Assembly: GCA_004022145.1 (NCBI GenBank)
Contig: RCNU01000019.1
Strand: one strand, 5' to 3'
DNA: 37,393 nucleotides
Source of the DNA: Paecilomyces variotii
Lineage: Eukaryota
Part shown: piece after piece, positions 11,578 to 21,239 of the stretch
Position numbering within the stretch: the stretch's first letter is position 1
Layout: every line of letters starts with the position of its first letter
Translations under genes and position numbers: made by a program
The notes under the pieces: model-generated
Told to the model about the DNA's origin: nothing
The model's database searches: none
Seen by the model: the letters and a program-made list of their open reading frames with translations, nothing else

Positions 11578-12677
11578 TAGCGGTGATTTTCTGCCCAATG
11601 GCGTGGGTTGTCGCGTCGACACGCTGATCTCCGCATGACCGACTCAACTGATTGATGACCAGAGATGCACTGAGCGCTTCGTCTATGGTCATGGAGCTAT
11701 ACACTATCACAACTCGGCTCTGGGTAGAAAAGGCAAGAAAAAAAAAGATAATAATTTGTTAGCAATGTTATCTCTGCGTTCTGGGAAATATGCAGAGTTG
11801 TTCTGTATGGAATGACCCCTCCACTAGCAAGACATAGTGGGAGAACTGAAGGATGTACTTAGGAGTAGGTCGCGGGCTCTTCTGCGGAACTCTCTGGTCG
11901 CATCATTAAGGGTAGATCTGTCAATGCGCCAGTCGACTGGGAACATTTGTTGTTTCTTTATGGTCCCGATCGGATTTCGATGCTGTCTACTGTGGCGAAG
12001 AACGATGTAGATAAGGATAACAATACAGTTCGACACTATAATATTGAGCAATTGTCCGTCGAGTACTGGGTAAGAATATTGTTAAATGTCTTGTCAGATG
12101 GCTTGGCTACAGGCCATAATAATACAATATTTGGAACTGCTTAGAGGATCTCGCAAACGCTTTTTGGCGCATAAAAGCTCAATATAGGTCAGCCAAGGAG
12201 ACGCGGAGCAGGTCTAGCGTAGCGACGCCGTCTATTGGTATCGTCGCATCTATGATGAACTAAAATTGCCATTCCTTGAGAGAGGGGGGCAGCTTAGCAT
12301 AATCGGATAGGTATCCAAGACATCGGATCTCTGGCTTCACGCCGCCACTGGGTCCATCAAGATTAATCGTGGTGTGTGTGTGTGTGCGCGCTGTATCGGA
12401 CCTTTTCTCCTCTGCAATTTCGTCTCAGCAGAGGACGAAAAAGATTGTATCCGTTGTTTATCTCTGTTGCGGAAAAATATCCTATGGCAACTTCAAACGT
12501 TTCAATATTGCTCCTTTTATTGACGGTGACCTTCTTAAAACAACAATACAATGTGCATTGTTGGCTAATAATGATTCCTTAAGGAATACCGAGCCTTCGT
12601 GAGATAGATAGATAAATATGAAGCGTTTCACCTTTTTCGAGTAGCATCTTTTTGGGACACGATCTTTAGGAGACTTG

Positions 12678-12734
12678 TTGGTGGTGGAGACTACAACGTA
12701 ACATGGGATGGGATGGAAGTGGGAGCTTTGACTT
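12678..12734 (+). repeat. Copy of 52 bp of the xylanase coding sequence (1388-1439) with an internal 5-bp duplication
   Basis: TTGGTGGTGGAGACTACAACGTAACATGGGATG[GGATG]GAAGTGGGAGCTTTGACTT is identical to 1388-1439 apart from the bracketed bases. Confidence 0.95.
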
Positions 12735-14283
12735 AGAAGTGTCCATCTAGATACACGATGCAACCCTGCAAGGCCCTGGGACCTTTGCCCTGTACGGCAA
12801 CAGAGATCACAATAGAAATGGCTCTTATCGCGCCGGTCTCGCACTCGACCAGCTTGTGCGACAGCGACCGAGCACTTTGGAGGGGCCACGGTGCCGGGTC
12901 CCATTTCGACGATTCCCGTGAGTATTTCAGATAGCACTGCGGTCGATGGATTGACTCTTCATGAAGTCACGACCGCCATGGCGCAGTCCACGCTGACAAG
13001 GATGTTAGAGTCAATATATAAAGAAAGAAAAAGCTCGTATTACAGCAGCAGCTCATTTTTGCTGCAATGCTGATGTTCGCCGCTCACCCGGCCACTAGCT
13101 TAGTCATCTAGTTAGATAACTAACTAACTAACTATCTAGAGAAGATCCTGATCTCCGGCGTCAGGATCTCCCTGAATCAAGCTTCAATCCAGTTCAGCTC
13201 AAGATTACCTAGCCAGTCAGTATATACTCCACAGATAGGGACTTACTACACACTCTTTCGTGCTACTATAGCACAGTATTACGACAGTTATCGATTGCTT
13301 TCTAGTCTCCTATTACCGTACTACTTCGTCCCCTGTTCTATATGCCCTAGTCCGGTCGTAGCATCGTCCCTCCTGACTTCCGCGCTTTCCCCGTGTCAAT
13401 AGTCATAAGTTAGCAACATGATGGTTCTTGTTAAGCGTCCATTTAATACATAATTCAGCATCCATTGCGCTTTGCAATATCTTTTTTGATTCGCAAAAGC
13501 TGCCACCAAATGTTAGACTCCTACACACCACATTTCTCCCTTCCTGCTCAGCACCAAAGGTGTATTGTTGGGAACTTCTGATACTTTCACACCACATCAT
13601 TCAATCTGGTTACTGGTCTATTCACCCACTCAGCTCACCTTTCTTGTATTCAATTTAGAGCGGGGGTTCTACTTCCCGTCAAATTCGATGAATATGAGTC
13701 AGACACGTACCCCTCCTCAAAGGAATATATCAACCGGCCCTCGCATCTGGGAAAGTCTCAGCTTTTGCTTCCTTCAATATGCCATAAGGTTGTCAAGGTG
13801 CCATATTGGGCCCGGATCTCTTACATTTATATAATGTGAAGTCGTATCGCTCTTATTAATTCTTTATGCTTTCATTATAGCTTTAAGAGAACTCGATATA
13901 AAGCGGATAGATCTCTGATCTCCAACTTCTTTCTAAAGAATCTTTCTCACTATCATCATCATATACAACAAGTAACAGTAGTATCCTGTCAAAAAACCTT
14001 ACTAGAATTCGTGAGGTGATTTCAAAAAGCTCGTTTCTCAAAAGACCCGTTAGTGGAGTCGCCATACACACTCTAGATGTCTGTTCGGATTGTTTCTGTG
14101 CCGTACAGCTGGTACAGGAAAACCGCATATGTTACCTCAAGACCGCGTCCATTTTGTCGCCGGCTTTGAAAATGAGAGTGAAGAGCACAAGTATATCACG
14201 TCCGGTGATGCGATCCGAAAGCTGAAGATTCGGTGCGTTTTGACCGATAGGCAAATGGGCAAAAATGTGACGAAGGTAGCCTT

Positions 14284-14579
14284 ACAATGATGATCCGAGG
14301 GACGAACAAATCGACGTCCGAACGAGGTTCCCACATTGGAACAGCTTCATGTTCACTACAATCGTCAACGCAGCAGTTCTCGAACCCAAGTGGGGGATCG
14401 GCTGCTCGACAGACCACAGCTCTCGTGTGACGAAGAACGACCTTCGAAGCGGTCGAACAGATATCAAAAATTGCGCTTGTTATGCAGGTAAGTAGTGTTT
14501 TACACGGCGATCAATTGAGCCACACCCTCAAGACTCCTGAAGCATGCTGACTTCTACAAAGTAGGTCCTCTCGAGCGAA
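14284..14579 (+). repeat. Diverged direct repeat, copy B (paralogue of 11337-11577)
   Basis: Same shared blocks as copy A; intron GTAAGT...GCTGAC...TAG at about 14488-14564. Confidence 0.8.
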
Positions 14580-14746
14580 GGATACAGATCCTAGCAAGGT
14601 TGAACTAGCAACTTAACGAGATCAAAAATGCATGCATGGTCGGCCATCAGCCAGGGACCTGCCCTGAGGATTCTGCAACCACATGTTGCGTACCGGCGTA
14701 ATAGAATGAGCTACGGAATATGCGTTCATCGCAAATTCATGGATTA

Positions 14747-14910
14747 CCACGACTTCAACCTCGAGCGCCTGGATCCCGAGGTGCGAAATAACCTCAAAAC
14801 TAATAAATCACTTCGAAAGGGCTTTGTGAATATTATAAAAATCGCTGTGGAGTGTTTTGAGGCGAAAAGAGTTCCCACCGCGGAAAATTTGGCGTGGTTC
14901 TGTATTGAAG
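14747..14910 (+). pseudogene. Fragment resembling the C-terminal region of a fungal protein family often annotated as ankyrin-repeat containing
   Basis: HDFNLERLDPEVRNNLKTNKSLRKGFVNIIKIAVECFEAKRVPTAENL; the LKTNKSxRxGF motif is recognised from memory. Confidence 0.45.
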
Positions 14911-15870
14911 CGCGCTGCACTGAGAGCAAGATGCGTTTGAGATTCAAGGCATCAAATTTACCCTGCCGGTTCCATTCTACTTCTCGACAACATCATCATC
15001 GGGAGATACTCCACTGATTCTGCAGACAAGCAACCCACATAATTGGGTACAAGAAAAAACAAAAGATTGCAGCTTTTGATTTATAGCGACGGCCTTGGGA
15101 AACAGATTTGCTCGCGATGCCAAGGATTGGAAGTGCTGGCATCCGGTTCCCACTCTGAACGGTTCCAAATCGCCGTTGTCTCCAACCAGAAGAAAATCAG
15201 TCTCCAGAGGGAGATTGAAGGTGGTTATAGCAAATTGAAGAGTCTCACAACATTCAGATTATACTTTTTTTCCCTTCCTTGTCGGAGATGCAACTTGACG
15301 GCCGGGAAACCACTCATATTCTGACCGGGACTTTGCTGCAAACATCGAGATAATATTCAAAACACCGCAAAAGTTCTTCCTTGGGAAACCGCCCAAGCCC
15401 GTTTCGCAAGTATTTGACCCTGGTATATATATCAAGGAAGAAAAGAAAGTGGTCCTAAACCAGTGACCTTCAAAAAATACAGCCCCCTCGACTTAGTTAT
15501 CTTTTGCAATAATCCCAGCGCAGGCAAATCAATATTTTATTAGAAGTATTTACAGCCTCTTAATTACTAGCGTATAAACCAGGATACTTCAAAGACTCAC
15601 CAGAAATACATCAAAATTGCCAACAAGTACGTTATCTAGAAACAAAAGCATGCTGGATAGAGATAGTGTGGGAAGATAATATCCTATACCTCACCTTAAG
15701 TTATATCAGCACAACAACGCTATGTGCGCAGCAAATCGCAATCTAAACCATACAATTCTACCTGTTGCTTTCGGCCTCCAGAACTCTCAGAAGGGTTCCA
15801 AGATGACCAAAAGTGGTAGTTCACCTTATATTTTGGTGTCCGGAAACCGCATCGCGCGAAAACAGAAGCC

Positions 15871-16080
15871 ATGGGTGCTTCTGCTTATATGGGCGTGGCT
15901 CGGTATATTCATCAAGAGTGCATGCGCTCTGAATTCTGGGAAAAGATAGAAGAGCCTAGCCAGGACATGTATAATGTGGCCTTCCATGTCTTTGATCGAT
16001 ACGGAACACTCAAAACCAAAAGAGGAACTGGTGTGTGGGGAGACGAGCTCGATTATGGCCCTCTTTTCCTGATTGAGTGT
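15871..16080 (+). pseudogene. Fragment resembling the N-terminal region of the same fungal family
   Basis: RSEFWEKIEEPSQDMYNVAFHVFDRYGTLKTKRGTGVWGDELDYGPLFLIE; the FDRYG and GxGVWGxELD motifs are recognised from memory. Confidence 0.5.
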
Positions 16081-16333
16081 CATGGTTCTATTCCCTCCCT
16101 CAATATCAGAGCATTGTCAACTGCTGATGGAGCGATATCGTCGCCAACAATCAGGATCCCAAATTGTTTTACAATGCTGGGTTACTGTAATAATAGTCAA
16201 ACAAATAGTCAAGCCTTTTCAACCAGAGGACAATATTCATACTTTGAGAGTGTTCGGCACGCATCCGCGTGAGAGATATTTTTCGGGGGCCAGGGATGGC
16301 CGTGTTTCGCCATATCAGGTGCTCCCTCACGTC

Positions 16334-17374
16334 CTTCTATATATTTAGCTAGCAGCCTTAGTAGCAATGAGAACTCAGACTCTTCGACAACACCTTTTCT
16401 CTTTGCTCCTAGCACTGTTATCCCCGAGATAACAGATACAAGTTTGTATCTGCTTATACTTCTCGAGGGCCAGCGTTCGGCACGGAAGTAACGGTATGAA
16501 TTGGACTTCCTACTTATCATCACATCTGGGATAGCGTTTGTAAGAAGCTGGGATTCTAGCACATATTAGAAGAGTACCTAACATATATGCATGCAGTCAT
16601 TTATTGAAGCAAGACCTTCCCGCATTGTTATATCATTCGACAAAGTTGACTACGAATATAGAGCTGCTGGCTCCGCTACACGCGGTATAGTGGAGTTTAT
16701 ATATGACTTGGAGCCCATATAATGCCGTAAGGAAGACACTGAAGTCAAGAGGGACGATGCTACGATCAAACTAAGGCGTATGAGATAGAGAATAGCGAAG
16801 TGTAATAACTAGCAACTGATAAGCAATCGGTAACCGTGTAGTAATGCTATACTATAATAAGGAAAGAACTGTCCTATCCCGAAAGAATCGTTCGTGCTGG
16901 CAAGCAAGGCAGTTTGGGATCACAAAAAGGCATAGATATTATGATGTTCCGCGATCTCCGTGTAGCCATCGCATTCTGAGGCAAGCATAGCGTGCTGGCG
17001 AGGATACAGCCGTACAACGCCGGGGTTCGTACCTTGCGGCCATACAGCGAACGGATTGGCCAGATTTGCTTGCAATAGGTTCCATTCCCATGCTTGCTGC
17101 GCAGGAATCCAGGCTGAAGGGACGCTTTGAAAAAGCTCGAACTTGGTGGTATTGGGGGCAAAGAACTGGACGAAGCCAAGAAAAAGTTCGGTGGGGGATT
17201 CGTTGGGGGTCAGCTTGGCTCAAGAGCAATTGGACCTGGCAGCTTCTAGCGTGGAACTAAACAACAAAGTGGATCATAATAGCAAAGAGGAATGCTAGGA
17301 GCAATGGGGGAAAAGTGGTATTAAGGAGTCTGGGTTCTCATTGCTACTAAGGCTGCTAGCTAAATATATAGAAG
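16334..17374. repeat. Inverted repeat pair: arms 16334-16414 and 17293-17374, spacer about 880 bp
   Basis: The outer 41 bp are identical in reverse complement (CTTCTATATATTTAGCTAGCAGCCTTAGTAGCAATGAGAAC); the rest is diverged but ends in a shared TTGCTCCTAGCA. Confidence 0.9.
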
Positions 17375-17949
17375 CATATGAGGAATCGCCTAATATATCG
17401 AAATAGGGTCTGCCTCCCCTAAAGACCAGTCCCGGATATACCAGTTTAAAACATCCCCAGAGTTGTCATCACTCCTTGGCAAGTGCTTCTTTAATCTCCT
17501 CCGAAATTTGCGCGATCCTATTATCCAACGCTGTATTAGTCGCTTGCGTGGAATCGAGTGTCTCAAGGAAAAACCATATCGGTTTCCCGTATCGTATCGA
17601 ACATAGGAAAAGTATCCTTATCTGCCTTCATGGTCTGGTTCAGCGACACAAAATATAATTGGACGCGACTATTATTCTTTATCTTCTCTATATAATCTTA
17701 CCCCGAGCTCCCATACTCAATATACTTTGTTTTGTTCCTGTGCCCACCGTTCCTGCGCTTAATATGGGCTGTTCTATTGCTGCGTTCGACATGGGCTGCC
17801 TTGTTGCAGCGTCCAATGGCGGTGGTCGTGTATTACTCGTAATGTCCACACCTTAGCCCGACCGCGCATCTTAAGATCCTGGTTTTGATCATCGTATTCT
17901 TTCTGATACCAGCGTGGTTCCCCAGGTTTAGGAACATAATGTTCCCCCG

Positions 17950-19508
17950 AGCGCAATGGCGTGCGTATCGGTGAAGGTTAGCCCCGCTTCTAATTGCTGC
18001 AACGTTGTAGGGAACGCTATCTGGCGAACAGCTCATACATTTTCTTCCTGGGTAGTCACACCGAGACGAGACATGTGGTGTCCCAGCATCGATATGGAAG
18101 GGTATGTATTGAAGATAACGAAATGCCCGATCCATCTAGTGTGGTAAGCACTTTGTTAAGATACTGTAGGTGCTATTCCTTTGACTGAAATATCATCAAT
18201 ATATACTAGGAACAAAATACCTGGGCAGTGAGGATGAAACTTCAGATAGCGACGACAATGAACTGGATACCGATGATGATGATCTCTTCATCATTCCTCA
18301 TGGACCCAAGAACAAACCCAGTATACCCAAAAACAATCCAGCGCACCCAAGAAGGAATCCAGTATACTTCGCGATACTTGTAAGGAATAGAATAAGGTAG
18401 CGTGATAAGTAGCAATATTTGCGTAATCGCTGAAGATCTGAAGGCGCACCGTGAGGTGCGCTGCTGAAGGAGCAGTCTTATGGGTCATGTGACCCCCGGT
18501 CACGTACATCTCGTGGTGTGCGCAGTGAGGATATGGCAACGGGATATATTCAATCGGTCTTTAGTTGGACTTCAAGCGACCAGCGAACCAAGACCTATAA
18601 GCCTCTTCCCTCTAATGAGAAACCATTTGTCAATGAGCCGTCCATCATCCGTTGTGCCTCGTCCAATATCATCGATGAGGGTAAGACCAGTAATCGGGAC
18701 CACACACCGAAGACGCCAAACCATCTACAGCAGAGCAGAGACTTACATGAGACTCCGTACTCCGTCCGCTCTTCTGCTTGGAATAGCTAGCCTCCACGGT
18801 GAGTCTCTATTACAATCGCCTAAGATCCCTTATCCTTTAGGCCAAAACCTTCACGTGCTGATTTCTTGGTTCTCATAGGTGCCTCTCGGATCTTCAACTG
18901 TCTGCCTTCTCTCAAATATCGAATACGCTCGTTATTAGTCGCTCTGATAGCTTTGCAGGCCTTGGATTTACAACAGATAACAATCGTTGTAATATTGCAA
19001 TAACCCGTGCAAAGCAATGTTTCATCCTTATTAGGAAAGGTAGCGACACGGCCTCCACGCAGCAATAGAGGAAGAGGGAGACAGACGACAACTGTCTGTG
19101 TGAGCAAAACGTCCGATAGGGGAGGTTGCAGAAATTTTCTCTTCATTGAGTCTAAGCGTTTCCCGCGCAGTTCGTGAGACCGCGGTGATAGGAAACTCTC
19201 GTGGTACATCATCGACACTTTCATTCCACTTCTATTGCTCTTGAGGTCATTTAAACTGATTGTTGACCCTTCACTATTAGTATTATGCCCGTCTCATCTT
19301 CAAGGGTCTCCTCCAGGAGGATCCAGGTACCGAGGAACTGCCTAACACTTATTCTGCCCATGGTTTCCCATTTGAATCCCCCTACGGTCACCTCTGGCTC
19401 GAGTTGAAGAAGGATATTGTTAAGCGCAAGTTATGGGAAGATGCCGTTCAGCACAAGATAAACATCCTGACCAACCTAATCATAAATAGTTGGGCCAAGC
19501 CCGAGTAA
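17950..19508 (+). pseudogene. Decayed spliced gene(s), including a Upf1/Dna2-like SF1 helicase motif VI fragment at 18928-19041
   Basis: Intron-like GTAAGC...TAG (~18144-18209) and GTGAGT...TAG (~18799-18878); acidic tract SEDETSDSDDNELDTDDDD; LVISRSDSFAGLGFTTDNNRCNIAITRAKQCFILI; scattered in-frame stops. Confidence 0.5.
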
Positions 19509-21239
19509 GGGTTTAGGCTTCCACTCCTAACTCTCTACCTGGACCTCGTGCAGGTTCGAACAACGGCCGCGCTTCCGCCGATGGACCAGGATCAATCATA
19601 GTTAACGGTCAGCCGATTACGGTCTCCAACCTCAGCAGCAGCGGAAGCTCCGTTCGCCGCCCCAGCAACGTCCTAAACCAGTGCCATGGGTATCTAGCTT
19701 CTACTCCTGACTCTTCGCTTAAACTTTATACCATCGATCTTACGGCGGCGCGGCTAGTGAGTCCCTATCCGTCCGTCCATAATAGGTGATTCTGAAACAT
19801 ACCGACCGGTACCGGACTACAGTAGCTAACTTAAAATCCTGCAATGGTTTGACCTGGATAGCATATTTAATTATTGACATTCTTTGGTTTCTACGTAATC
19901 AACTGTCTAGCATTTCCGACCATATACCGTTTTCTGTTAGCAATGTCGACGAATTAAATCGATTTTTTTTCTCAACAGTCAGCAAAATCAACGTTAAAAC
20001 TGCAAAACGTTTCTAACAGTTTCTTAACCTTCTAAACACCTTTCCAATCATTTTGCGGTAGTAATGTTTAGAGATCAAACCATTAAGATAACAGATTAAA
20101 CGTTCGGACACTAGTCCGAACATTGTAGAAGAGAAACATTGAAGGTTCCAACCATTAAAAATCTTTTGGGAACGTTACATTAACCTTTCGCATTCCATAC
20201 CTTTTAACTCTACGATAATTCATATACCTTTTAAATCTACAAACCTTTTACATATATAACGTTAGAAAAATATAATGTTAAAAAATTATTTTAATGTTCT
20301 TTTGATACTTCTGTTAAACATGTCGACTTTGCATAAGTTACCGATCTTTAACCGAGTTCTTACCATTTAAAGTCCCCATCAAGGACCGGTATGGTACGCA
20401 GGCCCCACCAACACTTTATCCAGCATCACCTCTTCTGCCTTCCTCCATGTCATGCCACACGCTCGCAGCTAGGAATCACTCTATTATGAACGGCAGATAT
20501 TTGGTAAGTCTCTGTTCCCATTGTGTACAACGAGATTTTGACATGTTATTTCAGCCAAGGAACAGAGACCTCCTGAAACCCCGCTTTTGCCACTGCTGGG
20601 TTAGCGATAAGTAAGCAGGATCGTGGATCAGCATGAAGCTTGGGAGGGAGGTGTAGTATCGGGCGGGAGGAGGAGCAGGCCGAGCTGGCCGGATGCTGTG
20701 TGTACGGACGATGTTCTCACCGTGGTGAGATCCGGCCCGTGTTCCCCATCGATCCCCAGAATTGTGCCATGGGGGTGCGATCCTAACGGCATCCCGACAG
20801 GGAGTGGAATCACATGATGATGTTGTCGCGATAAGCTTTGCTGTTGACAGGGCTGCATCTAGTGGGTCTAATCGCCGTTGGCGGATGGGCCCCCCTGACT
20901 ATATGATTGCTATGATCAATATCAACTGGGCGGAGCCCCAGGGCCTAAATACAATCAATCTCTGGTGAAAAAAACGCCTGCGTTGCCCCGCGCGTTATTG
21001 TCCTTTGGCCGCGTTGGTCAGGCTTATTTCTCTTCTCCTCTTTCTCCTCTCCTCCTCATCTTTTCCTCCTTCTCGTCTCCCATCCCTCCTCCTTTCTTTC
21101 TCCTTCTTATTCCTCTCTCCCTTGTTCCTCTCTCCCCTTGTCTGTTGTGCTGTACCCTTCTTGGGTTATATTTTTTAGTGCCCTGGTTAGATTCTTAGAT
21201 TCCCCTATCTTTGCTTAATCTGCATTATCCAAAATAGCC

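Noticed and set aside
13400-14010. Possible decayed coding sequence on the minus strand
   Set aside because: Coding-like with stops, but no identifiable motif.
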